Part shown: positions 13,518 through 27,605 of the stretch, one piece after another | Numbering within the stretch: position 1 is the stretch's first letter | Layout of the letters: each line of letters starts with the position of its first letter | NCBI GenBank assembly: GCA_001938485.1 | Contig: MQRK01254642.1 | Coordinates: forward strand, 1 to 64,000 | DNA: 64,000 nucleotides | Direction: 5' to 3' | Source of the DNA: Girardia tigrina | Taxonomy: Eukaryota | Notes under the pieces: generated by a model | What the model saw: the letters and a program-made list of their open reading frames with translations, nothing else | Database searches by the model: none | Told to the model about the DNA's origin: nothing | Position numbers and translations under genes: made by a program

Positions 13518-14460
13518 TGTTAGGGGTTTTTTGGTTACTTTTAAATTTTTGAATAATTAATTTGTAATATTATATATTATAATTAAATAAGTTTCAATAA
13601 TTTATTTATATAAATTTTTTAAAAATAAATATTTCGTATTAATAATAAAAATTGTAATTAAATTTTAATTTATTAGACATGACTTTTTGAAAATAAATAA
13701 TACGGAGTATCAAACATAAGTAAAATAAAAATCTTAATGTTTATAACAATTAATTGTAACTCAAAATTTGTATTAAAAAATAATTATAATTAAATGTTTT
13801 TAAAAAAATTAAGTTGTAAAATAAAAAATCATAATGTTTTATTACAATTAAAATTTTATTAAATTTGAATTAAAAAATAATTATAATTGAATGTTTTAAA
13901 CAATTAAAGAAAAATAAAAGATATTTGGAAATTTAATTTTAACAGTAGATGTACCATTCAAATATTTTAAATATCTAAAATTATATTGAAGTTAAATGGT
14001 TTTAAATAAATAATATTCTCTCATCTCATAAAAAAGAGTATTTGATTAATTAAGAGAAGTCAGTACTAATTACATTGATTAAACCTTATAGCTCACGTAA
14101 AAAATATATAAATTTATACATGTTCTTACAGATAGTAATACATTATTATATACAATCTTCTCATTTCTTAAGTTATTGTACTAAATAACTTATATATTGA
14201 AGTTATAATTATATTGAAGTTAAATGGTTTTAAATAAATAATATTGAAATAACAGCATCTAAATAATTAATAAATTCAATTTTTAATTAACATTTTTAAT
14301 AAGTTATCAGTATTATAATCCAGTATTTTTATGTATAATTAATCTGGCCAAAGGAAAACAAAAGAAAGTTTCCTCAAGAAAAATTGTTTAAATAATTGTT
14401 ATTGTTATAGAAATAAAATTTTGATGGTAATGAATTCTTATCTTGATCAAGAACCCAACA
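13518..14460 (+). mobile_element. Solo LTR family C
   Basis: TGTTAGGGG...GAACCCAACA; perfect TSD AGAGT; 3' end shared with 20018-20922. Confidence 0.85.
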
Positions 14461-15219
14461 AGAGTAAAAAATGAAAAAGAAAATTTTTACCTTTAAACAT
14501 TTTTTAAAACATGTCATAAACTAAACATACCAATCCAAAGGTACTTGTTGATTCGAATTTGTACTTACAAAGTCAAATTTTCTCTTAAAGGGATTTTAAG
14601 TCACACATGATCCTATTTAGTTTCAAATGGGCCCTAGTTCTTCTATATCTCTTTCTAACAAAACTCACAAATATACAGATCTATTAGGTGGACAGGAAAG
14701 TAATGTCGTTCTTTTACATTATAACATAAGTTATCCGTACTAAATCATCTGATTTTATCACTCGAAAAATAGAAACAAATACAATTATCAATTCTAGAAA
14801 ACACTAATTCCACGGATTAGTGATTCACGTTTGATGTAAGACTAGATTATTCCTTTTATTTGCAGTGGTAGTAAATTAAGTATATCCAATTACTCATTTC
14901 CATCGCCCTATGGAACCTTTAAACGGGTTGAAGAAGGTTAGTGACACGGTAGATCTCATATTGTGCATTGCTAGATTGAACTAACATTATATTATAATTC
15001 TAATAATCTATAACCAGTTATATGTGCTATAAAATTGCAATTTTAATTTATTTAACAATTTCAACCTGTTAATCATATTTTTCCAATTATTTGGGTTTAA
15101 AAATACGGTTCAGTAATTTCAAAACTTTTTGCGAAAGATTTTTTTGTAAACCATTATTTATCAAATCATTTAAATCAACAATTATATCCAAACAAGTCTC
15201 TCTTCGTCTTTGTTTAGAG

Positions 15220-15519
15220 CAGCGGTTCTCAACCTTTATAGAACCACGACCCTTTTAATACAGTTCCCAATGTTGTGGCGAACCCCAACTGTAAAAGAAT
15301 TTGTCAATAGACTTAAGTAATTAAAATATTACTACTCAATGCTGTTATCAATCGTAATGTAAATATATGATATGCGGGAAAATTTTTACAATAATATACT
15401 ATACAATTGACACATTAGAATATGCACAAAAACACATTTTTTCAATGATCTTGGGCGACCCCTGGCAAATCGTAATTCAATACTCGACGTGGTCGCGAAC
15501 CCCAGGTTGAGAATTACTG
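15220..15519. mobile_element. hAT (SPIN/Charlie-type) MITE, URR1-like
   Basis: TIR CAGCGGTTCTCAACCT/AGGTTGAGAATTACTG; 8-bp TSD GTTTAGAG/GTTTAAAG; interior resembles the URR1/SPIN non-autonomous consensus as I recall it. Confidence 0.85.
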
Positions 15520-16226
15520 GTTTAAAGTATGTAATTAGTTGTTACGTTGGTAGATTGAGTAATATCAGATAAAATTTTTTTATTTTAAATTTAAAAAAAT
15601 TGATCACTGTAAAATACAAATGTTTTATAACACTAACCATCATTTAATAGACAAATCTCAGTAGAATAAACCAATCACAGTATTATACATTACTGTTCGC
15701 ATAAAACACATTTCGAAGTAAAAACAATAAGAGAAAATGCGTTATGCCACTCGCCGCAGTGAGTACTGATCTATTTTTTTTTATAATTTGAATTCTAACA
15801 TTTGTCGTTGAAAATAATATGCAACAAATGGCACTATATATAGAAATATATTTTATGTAAAGAAGCACCTTGTCGTCTTATAAAATGTGTAAGTTGATTT
15901 TTTACTTTTAAGAAATTCAGGATGTTTTGTTTTATATGAAATTTAAATAACCTTTTCAACATCACGGAAATCAGAGAAGAACAATAGATGAAAGAAAATT
16001 AAAAATATAATGAACATAAAGTGATGATGAAGTCTATAAATTTGACTCAGGAGTTTGTTGGGAAATCAAAATTTGGAGAAGTGAATTCACCGATCGATTT
16101 AGTTTTTGTTGATAAAATTGAAAGTTGTCTAAGATATGGAAGGATCGAAGAAAATGAATGTGGTAAATCTGTAATTTTGAGAGCAATAGTGTGGAAATTA
16201 TTTAATTTTCCTGGAGATTTAAAAAT

Positions 16227-16342
16227 CTAGTTGGTAGAAGAAGAAATTGTTGTTGATGGAGTGAGAGTGATTGCATGTTTTGTAGAGAATACCGAAGTGG
16301 AAGCTCTTCGACAAGAATTCAAAGAGGCCTCAATAAAGGTAT
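16227..16342 (-). CDS. Candidate orphan terminal exon (Ser/Thr-rich)
   Basis: Strong acceptor TTTGTTTCCTTTCAG; only the phase-1 frame is open: TFIEASLNSCRRASTSVFSTKHAITLTPSTTISSSTN*. No partner exon found. Confidence 0.3.
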
Positions 16343-16638
16343 CTGAAAGGAAACAAAATAATAAACACATAAATTTGCAAACAATTTTTGTAAATAAACA
16401 AATTCTTTCTTTCCATCTTTCTACAAATATAAAATATTGTTAAATATTTGACTTGAAATTTTTATTTATATGTATATGCGTGTGTGTGTGAATAAATATT
16501 TTGTGAAATATAACAACTGTTTCATGTATTCAGAAGAAAGCTATTTTAAAATATATTTTAGGATATTATATTTTGCGATGCTGGTCGTCATCTCTACAAA
16601 TGAGTAATTCATCTGATCATCGGAAAACTTGTAAGTGT

Positions 16639-17128
16639 TATGGTGCTTCCGTCAAACGACCGATATAGAAAAAAAACTTTTAAAAAAACTGATTAATTAA
16701 ATTAATTTGTTTAATTAAAGTAAACAAATATGGAATTGTGTCATAGTTTTAAATTTTAATGTTATGAATTTTCAAATACAATGTTTTTCAACGTAATAGT
16801 CATTTTTTATTCTTTATCGATAATATTTTGATTCGTTCAATCGATCCACAAATGAAACCGTCCGGTTCAGTTCAACCGACACCTCATTTGAGGTATTGAT
16901 GTACAGATCAAACACAAATCGATTGAATCATCGAACCGATCGCCAAATGGAGAACGAAACACAACTCGGAACTTCCGCGAGACGGTCATTGGAACAACAT
17001 CCGATGACATGTCGACCGATCGGCACATGGACGCCATCGAACTGACACGGCGATCTTTCCAGGTGCCAAGTCCCGGCCCTTTTAAGAGGTGCTGGTCGCC
17101 GCCACTCGGTCCGGTTGCCGGAACCACA
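16639..17128 (+). mobile_element. Solo LTR family A
   Basis: TATGGTGCT...GGAACCACA; TSD AGTGT/AGTGG. Confidence 0.75.
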
Positions 17129-17889
17129 AGTGGAATTTGAATATTAATGATATAAAAATTTTGTCGAGCATTCTAAAAATTAGTGTGTTTGAGATTAAAA
17201 ATCATTAAATAATAAACGAAATAAAATGATTAATTGTTTGTTGTTCTGAGCTTTCCATTGAAGAAATAATTGAAATCTAATACTGTTAGGTCCATTCATT
17301 AATATAAAGTATTCATTTGATAATAAATCCATGTCTAAAATTTAAAGATAATGCAAAATTAACCAATTAAAATGCTTATATAAAATACATACTTACTCAA
17401 ATGTCCATTTAAAAATAAAATATTCATTTGATAATGTAAATTAAAATGTATATAAAATAAGTTTTTCTATCCATTAACACACATGCATACACACAACATA
17501 CACACATGATATTAGGACCATTTATTAATACAATGCCCATTTAACAATATAAAATTAAACATCTTTATATTTAACTTCAGAATATATTTGAGCATATATC
17601 AAATTTACACTTAGCTTCCAGCTTAAGAATTGAACTGACGGTTAATATCAGCCCAGGTAAAGCGAAAAAAACCCCTTGAAAATCGTAAGTTTTCCACATG
17701 AAATAATTTTTATTAACAAAACGTTAAGAAAAAGAAGTACTTAAAAATATATTTATTTTTATTGATACAGTGTCAAAAGCAATTCTAGTCTCTCTTATCG
17801 AATCTCCGTTATCAAAAATCCGGGATATCATCTCTGATCGAAAGAACTCTTCTGGAAATAACTGGAGTCATTACATCCGGACTGAATAA

Positions 17890-19270
17890 TGCTCACATTT
17901 GGCATAAATCAAAAGAAATTTCCTGCCCGGATTCTCTAACCGGTCTTCTATTCAGTTCATGATATTTTTTTCCAGTCACCAAAGGTGAAAAAACGACTGA
18001 AAGCAACATTACAACGGTAAAGGCGGTTCTGGCAAGTAGCCAATGATACCCATGTAACCATGTCAATTTCACTGTTTGGGCATGCGACATTGAGACCATT
18101 CCAGTTTCAGTCGAGTAATGTCTTGTCTTTCGGTTTAGATTCACTTTGGATATTCTACGAGAAAAAGATTTACCCGATATAAACTGTTTGGATTGCGATA
18201 GATCTACACAAATTGTTCTTGGTTTTCTTCCATAATTTAGATTTATTTCGATATATTTCTATATCGAATGATTATTTTATGCTTATTATATAAAATAATT
18301 TAAACATTTATTAATAATTGAATACTTGTTATTAATAAATGGACCTCGCTGTATTAAATGTAAAAACAGAAAATGATTTTGTTTTAATGTGACGTATGGC
18401 TAAATATGTGAATGTAAATTTTGAATTAGATAACAATTGCATTTCAGAAACGACTTTCATATTGCCCCCCATAAATTGTGTAATCAATGTAGATATTTTT
18501 CCTTAGTTATTTCCCATGTATATACATTTGTATGTGCCACAAATCTTGTTAAACGATTTTTATCGACTTCTTGTTCGATTTGGTTGAAAATTTGCCCGTG
18601 TGTGTAATTCCGATTATGATACATGAATCAAATAAAAAATCCACTATTTGAATGATTAATTGGATTGATTAATCTAAAGGAAAATCGAATGTATCGTTTG
18701 CTTGGATATATGGACCCAAGCAAAAATAAAAATATGACAACATATAAAAAAGTAACCTAATCGTAAGGAAAAATATCTAAATTGATTACATAATTCGTGA
18801 GGGCAATTTAAAAGTCATTCATATATTGAATAGTAAATTTTGGGAGTTGAAAACGAGTTATTTTATTTGCTTTGATATTTCAAATAAATTAACTTCATGG
18901 AACTAATTGTTTCTTAAAATATATTGACAATAATTCGAATAAATTTTATGGTATGAGATTGGTTTATATGCAAACAGAAATTTTAAATAATATATTTACT
19001 GGCGGTTAAAATAGATATCTTTATGGATTGTTGAGTTATAAAGGACTCTCATCACATGAAATGTATGATATTAATCTTGAATTGTTAAATAGATTGAATA
19101 TTTGTGGAGATATTAATCAGTCTAGCAGTTAATGTTTTCGATGATTTTGCTGAGACAGCTGATTCAACGATGATGTTTGCAGTCTTAACAATAATAACTG
19201 CAGCAAAAGCAGAGTATAATGCCAAGTGAGTCTTTTTCAATAAGATATCGAGATCCACAATGTCCAAACA
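17890..19270 (-). mobile_element. Possible decayed hAT (ZMYM1-like) fragments: TTF zinc finger-like ~17950-18070, dimerisation-like ~19020-19200
   Basis: WLHGYHWL..NRLY...GDWKK and VSAKSS..RL...IHKDI weakly match hAT motifs across frameshifts; their order suggests two separate fragments. Confidence 0.25.
18452..18816. mobile_element. Decayed MITE / inverted repeat
   Basis: ~55-bp imperfect arms (ATTGCCC...TGTAATCAAT.TAGATATTTTTCCTTA), possibly extending outward. Confidence 0.55.
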
Positions 19271-19947
19271 GCACTATCAAACACTTTGTTAAGAGGTTTC
19301 GATTAGTTTAACACGTTTGAGTATTTGAACATATATTCGTCTCATTTGAACGGCATGGAATCAAATAACCGCGAGTCTGATGATGACAGTAAAACTACAA
19401 AGGAATATTATCAACAATATCTTTTTAAATAGTGTTCATTTGTTGATATAATATAAATAAATTTCCAGTTTGTAATTTTTGATCATTATTTAATATTTTA
19501 TTTTTTAAGCTTTAAAATAAGATATTAATAAGGTTTTAGGATATGGTGCACAGTGATGAGAATGGTGAGATGTTAAAATAAAAAAAATTAAAATTTAGTA
19601 AGCAAAAGATGAAGTTAGATATTTTTTGGATTTGAAATTTTGCTGAAATGAAAAATTATTCATTAAGAAGAGAATTTTTATCCATTTTAAATTTCAAATA
19701 CTTGAAGTAAATTTTAAACTTGTACAATAAGACATTTACTCTATCCCAACATTTGTTGACAGAAGTTAGACGTATTTATTTTAAGCGATCCTATACAGAA
19801 GAATAAGCTATCAAACACTTCAACTTATCTCGACCGAATAATTCCTAAAGTACTGAGTGAAAAATAAGTTACTAACAATTCTCTCGTTATCATGTCGTAC
19901 TCAGTTACATACAACTTCATACAATGAGTACATACCGTTTCGGTACC

Positions 19948-21673
19948 GCCATTTTGGTCCCAAACCGTTTTGGTCCTTGGTAAATTTATTTATAAAATAT
20001 TTAGCTCTAGTAAGTATTGTGAAGGACTCATGTGAAAAGCTCATTCTTTAAATTTTTGAATAAATAATTTTTATAAATAATATTGGAAATAAGTAAATAT
20101 TTAAAATCAAAAGTGGTCTAAACATTTATAATGTAAAAATATATCGTAATTAATTTTAAAAAGTTATTTTCGAGAATAATCGAATTTTATTTGTAGAGTA
20201 AAAAAACTTAAAAGAAAATTAATTTGGAAATAATGAATTTTTAAATAATTGATTAAAAAAATATATATAAATACAAGGATAAAATAGGTTGTAATAATTT
20301 TAAAAAATATTCTAAATAGTTTTGTAAAAAAAATTAATTAAGACTTTTATCATTAACGTATCGTAATAATAATAAAATTTGTAAATTACTGTAAAATACT
20401 ATAAATTATTTTTTGGTATTTAAATTGTATGGTATTTAAAATAATTGTATGTAAAAATGCTTTTAAATATTAATAATAAAATTTTTAAATATTAGAAAAA
20501 AAATAAAACGTTAAAATCTTTATTAATTAGAAATGTTTCACAAAAAAAAGAAATAACATTAAACTAATTCTAAAATAATAAAAAATCATTAAGGTTAATT
20601 TAGTAAAAATATGACAACAAAATTTTGTTGGTTTTNNNNNNNNNNNNNNGAATGTAAATTTTCAAATAAATAGAATTAAAAATTTTCAAATAAATAGAAT
20701 TAAAAATTTTCAATTTTAAAATCACTTATCAGTTATTTATATTTATAATTTCATATTTTTATATAAGAATCTGATCATAAAGAAAACGATAGAAAAGTTC
20801 CTCTACAAAAAATTTTTATTACAACAAAAATTGTTAACTAAAAATTATTTGAATAATTGTTAATTGTGTTATTAATAAATTTTTGGTGTTAATGAATTCT
20901 AATATTGATCAAGAACCCAACAAGTATGATCTGTTATGCCGAATTTGTATAATTACCGAAATCATGAATTTTTGCCGAAAAAAAGTTTTAATTCATTTGT
21001 GAAAAATATATGTATTTAAAATATTTAAATATGAAAAAAAAATATGTATTAAATATGAAAAATATCAATTTAATATTAAAAAAATCAATTTAATATGAAA
21101 ACAAGGTTTTAACAATACACGTTTGCAATACAGCTTACCACCAAGGAAGAATTGTAAATAACTATGAATAAAAATTTTAGATTTATAATCTGTTTGGAAT
21201 AACAAATTAAGATTTATTTTCAAATTTAATTTATATTTTTTCATATTAATTGTATTAAATATACAAAATATCAATTTAATATGAAAAAATAAGTATTTAG
21301 TATGAAAAATAATCAATTAAATTTGAAAAAAATCTTAATTTATTATGCCAAATGGACTCCAAATGTAAAACATTTATTGATAGTTATTTAAAATTCTTCC
21401 TTGGTGGTAAACTGAATTGCAAACGTGTAATGTTAAAACCTTGTTTTCATATTAAATTGATAATTTTTCATATTAAATACATGTATTTTCACATTTGAAC
21501 TTTTAAATACATATTCTTTTCATAAATGAATTAAAAATTTTTTTCGGCAAAAATTCCCTAATTAACGAATTCGACAATTATACAAATTCGGCATAACAGA
21601 TCATACTTACTAGAGCTAAAAAGTTTATAAATAAATATACCAAGGTACCATAACGGTCTGGGACCAAAACGGC
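19948..21673. mobile_element. Foldback / Mutator-like element with long TIRs; left arm interrupted by solo LTR C
   Basis: After removing 20018-20922, arms of ~300 bp pair (CCGTTTTGGTCC repeats, TAGCTCTAGTAAGTATGATCTGTTATGCCGAATTTG, TTACCACCAAGGAAGAATT). Confidence 0.8.
20018..20922 (+). mobile_element. Solo LTR family C
   Basis: TGTGAAGG...GAACCCAACA; perfect TSD AGTAT. Confidence 0.85.
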
Positions 21674-22169
21674 CTGCTCCCTCGCATGATGTAATCTATA
21701 TGCAATTACTTAATCATTTCCTTCGTCATCTTTTTGAGAAAAATCAATCTATTTTTTGATTTTATTGGATCCTATAAAGTTTTCTGAGCTGTCACTATTT
21801 TAAAGGGCAAATGAGATTGCCAAAATAACTATTTTTGATGAAAAATCCGCTCTCATTTTTTATAACTCCACCTAATAATAATTAGTTCCAAAGTCTTCTA
21901 AAAAACACAAAACTAGGTTAGAAGATCCAGCATTTCTTTCTGTTACCTCATTTAAATTACTTAAATTGAAAGTCTCATTTTATGCTTTTCTATTTTCCAC
22001 GCAAATTGTGGAGCGCATTAAAGTATGAATTGCGTCGTTTTATATTTTTTATCAATTATTTTATTTTATTCTCTAAAAAAGCTGGTTGTCTTTTGGATTC
22101 CCGTAAAATTGGATCAACTTTTGAAACAATATGTTTCAAAAGTTCTGTTATTTTAACAATGATAATTCG

Positions 22170-22265
22170 AGCGCTGTTTTACTGATGAGTCAGGGCTCAA
22201 TTTACGTTTAAGACGATATTATGCGTGTGCAAGAAAAGAATAACTGGTTAATATAAGAGTTCCCA
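22170..22265 (+). mobile_element. Tc1/IS630-like transposase fragment (first catalytic D)
   Basis: CFTDESGLNLRLRRYYACARKE resembles F.DE.GFNL...R.YG. Confidence 0.55.
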
Positions 22266-24769
22266 TAATGATGAACAGGAGTTTGAAGTCTCGAAAGACA
22301 ACTACAAACTGTATAGTTATAGCAAGCACATTTAGTTTTTGTCCTCTTATGTAGTTACATATTAAGTTCTATTCAAAACGCATTTTCTAAAAAAAATTCT
22401 CGCTCGTTCAAGATTAAGAACAAACGATGATTGTTGACTGAATTGATAATGGAAGAAGTCAATTGAATTACATGGTGTATGTTTTTAGACATATCGAAAT
22501 ATTACAAATTGCACCGCTGAAATGTAGATAAGTATCGATAAATTCTTACTGATTAGTAATATCAATTATAATTTTCATTATTTTTTTGTTTTTTTAAAAA
22601 TGCTTTTTATAAAATATTTAATTTTGATTTCAAAATGGTATAGATATAATATGAAATCGGTGCTGAGAATTTACATCTATTTTAGGATAAAAATTACGAT
22701 TGTTAAGGGAACCTGTTATTTTGGTAACCCTTGTTAACCCAATCGAACATACCTACACGCGGCGTCCCTGGGAAACTAGAGTTCGTCTCTACGCTAAAGT
22801 ATCCGAAGCTTGCCTTGTTGGGGTGCTGACCAATCCACTTGCAATCCACTACCGTAAAAGACAATGTTATCTGAACTGAATTATGGAAACGCGTAATGTG
22901 GTGACCGTAATCATTTGAGTACTTGCACGTAAGTATTTATACAATGATAGATCGATTCAGCTCCTGAAAAGCGCTATTACTTCCACGTATTACTCGTCTT
23001 GAGCCACTCGATGGAGGAGGAATACCATTGTTTATGACTTTTAGCAACATATTAAACTTTGTGAAATTTAATCCTGAATTTCGTAATCTTTGATTACTAT
23101 TTATTATGGAAACCTTTCAAGTTTCTAAGACACATGTGGATGTAGAGTTTCACTTAGAAGTAAAATATAAAAATAAACGAATCTGAACTTTTCGAAAATC
23201 ATATGAGTATTAAATTACGTATACTGAATGGTGAAGAAGTAAATAAAAATAATGTTTACAAAGAATGCATTTATCTGAAAAATAAAGAATAAAAATTTTA
23301 AAAGCTACAAAGAAAGTTTTCAGGAAACCTACCTTACATTCTTGAGATTATTAGGATATGCATCTGGTTTTATGATAGTTATCCCATATTTAAGAGGCTT
23401 TTCAAAAGATATAAAGTTTATACAGTCTCATCGTAAATCTTTTAAGATACAATTTTACATAGACAACGAAAAAATAGAGTTTTAAAGATAAAATTGTCAC
23501 TACCATACGCATATTAATCATTGAGTATTGCTGATTTTTTGATCCTTGTTCATCATTGTCAAATCATTTAAAAAAGTCCAACTAAGCCCCCAAAATGTTA
23601 TACTGACTACTAAATATTGACCTAAGTATATTCAACATATGTCAACTCAATCTCAAATAATTACTCCCAAAATGTCTTTAGCACATGTCTTTAAGGAATG
23701 CTTCTGTGGAACATGAACTGTTATAGATTCCTTGAGACTGCCGAAAATCTTTGGTTGTTCAGTTTTTTTCAGGTAATATACTTATAAAAATTCACAAATC
23801 GACCAAGTTTCTAGATGCTCGCGAATAACCTCCCAAGTACTACTATGTAAAAAAATAAATAAATAAAAGAAAATTTACTCTCACATAAAATAAAATCAAA
23901 ATAAGTCGAAAAATTCCCCAAAATATTCTTTCATTTCCATAATGATTCATCCTAAAATTTGTTCAGCATCTCATTTTATCTAAAAATTCAGAATTTATAC
24001 TCAACATAATTTTAGCAACAAATGTACAGAACAATCGGGGTAAACATTTTATTGGTTGCCACTGACAATCACTTAATATTGTTTTAATTGCCTACATTGT
24101 GTTTATAGACTGTTGATTAAAACAAATTATTTTTTATAAAATTTTCATAAACCTAATTTAATTCTTTAAACATATTTTTGTTAGTTGTGTTTATGTTGTC
24201 TTCGATATTCGAACTAGAAATCATGGTGATCAAAATTTATATTAATAATATTACACATAAATTTAAACAAATTTTCATTTCCTTTTCTTTAAAATATTTT
24301 ATCATTAATCTTTCTACTTTTTAAAAAAAATCGATATTCATTTCTTCAGGATGACTTATTTAGTAATGTTTTTTTTGTTTTAAAATTTATTAAAATTTTA
24401 GCACTTCCGATTATTTTAAATTAATTTTTTATTAAGTGTTTGAATTTGCTTCATGTTAAATTTTATTCAACGTATAAAAATTTTAAAAAATGTGTTTAAA
24501 AAAATACAAAATAAATATTTCGAAAATCTAAAAAATAAATGTTGGTAAATAAAAATAAATTTTATTAAATAAATGTTTGTTTTAATTAAATATACGTTAT
24601 TTCTTTTTGTGTGATTTTTAAATCACATGTTTTCTAATTTTTATACGTTTAATTAAATTTATAATAAAAGAAACATAAATACTTATTAAAATATTAATTT
24701 AAAATAATTAGAAGTAAATAAATAATAAATTTTAAAAGAAGAAAAAGAGATTACTAAATAAATCAAATT

Positions 24770-25271
24770 TGTGAGGAATATATTAAATTGTTTGAATGTG
24801 TAAATGTATGGATGCTGTATGTTGATTTAAGTATGTTGAATTTAGAATGGTGATTCTCCCACCCAGATGGAAATTGGTATTTTTTATTTAAATTAAAAGT
24901 CATTGACTATTTGAACATAATTAAAATAATCATTTGATAAGTTCATATTTTTAATTTCACAATTAAAATTAAGTTTAATAATTTTTAGTAAAGTTTAAAT
25001 TAAATGCATTTTTAATAATTTGATGACATTTTTATTATTTTGGGATTTATTGAGAAATTGTAAAAATTATTATTTTTTAATTAATAATTTTTAGCGGTTA
25101 AATATTTTAAAAATAATTTAGAAAAATTGTTCGAATAATCATGATTAAAAACAGAAATAAGAAAACCAATTAGAAGGATGACAAACGATGAAAGACTTTC
25201 TGAGAGTCATAATGACTCTAAATGCGATTGTAATAAAAATTCAAACGGGACTTGTTTAAATGTTCTTAATA
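24770..25271 (+). mobile_element. Solo LTR-like family B
   Basis: TGTGAGGAA...GTTCTTAATA; TSD AAATT/AACTT; close to the reverse complement of 60222-60709. Confidence 0.8.
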
Positions 25272-25295
25272 AACTTGAAAAAAATGAATATTGAT

Positions 25296-26803
25296 TTTTT
25301 GACACATCAGCTTCCCAAAAATTCTTATTTCTTCAATCTTGGAGAGGTCCGCTTTTACACTGCCTTCGTTGACTAAAGGACAAATGAATTTGATTACCCT
25401 TTTCAAAATTGACATTTTCGGGTTCATCTACTATCTGGCTTTCCTATTATTTTCGAAAATTCTGATTCAGAACAATATAGTTCTGTTAAGGATCTCCTAT
25501 GTACACCAAGGTGTCATTTAAGTATATAGTAGCGCCCTTAATTCTTCCGATTACCTTTGCCATCATCTCTAGGAAATTACCCCGTGCAGCTGCTGTACCA
25601 AAAGACATACGAGTATAACAGTGCTCTCCTTACTTTGTAGAAAATGCTGTTTTCTCCTAAGATTGTTTGTCCAACTCGATCTTGTAATAAGCATTTCATA
25701 GGTCGATCAAGCTAAAGTACGTTGTGCCTTCTAAAGTATCCAACATCTCAGCAATGATGAGTATCGGAAAAGCTTGCCTTGCAATGATTACTTTTAAATG
25801 CTTAAAACTCAAACAGAACCAAATATTTCTCTTCTCTTTTTCCACATGCAAATTAATAGTGTGTCCCAGGGGTAATTATTAAGTTGTTGCAAAAAAAAAT
25901 TTTCCACTGTGACACTCGTATGTCCCTGCATTTTACGATTGCATATCTTCAATTTCTCATTCTTTGTCAATGCCCTAACATAGAATTCATTTTCTTTTTA
26001 TCGAAAAGCTGTAAACATTTGACATCGTTCACACATCCGGCTTGCATTCAGCTCTAAGGAAGTTATCTTCTTGAATCAATGGTTTCCGCCTTCCAGCAAT
26101 TTCCCAATTGGCTGAGCCCGATCGTTTGGATACGGTTTATCCTTGTTTTCTTCATAATCATCATCCACTATTCGTTCTTCTTCTTCGATCATTGTATTTA
26201 TTTTAAACTTCCGGCCCTGATACAGATTTTTTGGCTTTTCATTATCACATAGAATAATCTGCTTTTTACACAATTATTGGTTTTCAACAACATCTCGATA
26301 ACTTCTCACTCTATTGATCTTCTTTGCTTGGTTTGTTTCATCTACAAGGATAAGTAATTCTAATATTTCCTTGACACTCTTTAGTTTTCATAATTTGATT
26401 TCACGGAAAACAGAATTATTGTCAGTATCATAAATTAACATTTGAGTCATTATATCTTCTTCTTCGAATCTATGCGACATGGAATTCTTAACAAGTTGGT
26501 CTACTTTTTTGAAACTTTCTGTGAGTTACAGAACCCTTGAGATAACTCAGCAGTTTTTCCCAAGCGGCTTCTTGAAAGTTTGTCTTAAGCGATACTCAAA
26601 AATATCATCTTTACCAGTTCTATTTTCATAGGCTTGTAAAAAATCTTAATGTATCATTGAGTAAACATGTTGCCAATTTTTAAGGATTAATTTCTCCTGC
26701 TTCAAAATATCTTCTGCAATGAGAAATAAATTTCTCGATACCTTCACCCAACTGAAATATGTTTTGAATCAAACGGTTTGTAAAAGAATCCCACGACTGC
26801 CAT
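25296..26803 (-). mobile_element. Ty3/Gypsy remnant (gag with decayed zinc knuckle, partial RT)
   Basis: AFPI..MLDTLEGTTYFSLIDL*NAYY.IEL...KTAFST....YTRMSFG...FLEMMAKVIG...IYLND; same lineage as 60741-62643. Confidence 0.85.
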
Positions 26804-27605
26804 TATGTTTTGTTGTGTATTTGTTTTTATTCTCTAAATCCAAGACAACATCAAAACGTCCAAAATTTATTAAATATACAAAAGGTAAAAATTTCCATTT
26901 AAACAAATTTTCTTTTATTTTAATATTTTTTTATTTTCAATTCTAATTATTTTGTGGAATTTCGATTATAATTTAATATTTTAAATGACTCGATTTCTGT
27001 AAGAATCACTGTATTTTTTGAAAATTAAAATATCAACAATACTCTCTTACAAGGTTAAAATAACTGCGGCGAGATCGGTACTGTATAGATGGGTTAGGGT
27101 GACAGTTGAGTCACCCGTGATAATCCATATGAATCAATTGTTGCTGTTGTCAGGTGGGATTTGTGGATTGGACCATTGTCATGCAATTTAGCAGGAGTTT
27201 ATTCTTTACTTCTTTTGCTGCCTTTATCAGTTGTACTTAATAATCGGAGTTCATTTTGAAATCTGATGCAGCGAAATCTACTTTGATTGCCTGCAGAATT
27301 TCTTTCTTCGCATTTCAAACTTCAACGTGTCTTTCAAATTTTTCCTAATCATAAGTAATCGTTCGCCTAATTTCAACACATTAACACAATAACGAAACAC
27401 ATTGTAATAATAATATTTCTTAAAGGATTTTATATAATTAGATCTATGTACCTGGATAAACTGCATAAGAAACTTTGTCAATTTTTCGCAATATAGAAAA
27501 ATTGTCAAAAATAAACTTTTTTGTTTGATAATATTTCTTTCCTGTACTTCAAATTTTGAATGAATTACTATAACTCTTTTCAGTATAGTGTCTTTTCCCT
27601 ATATA

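Noticed and set aside
23760-23950. Minus-strand signal-peptide-like exon with a short intron
   Set aside because: All splice phases hit stops within about 20 codons.
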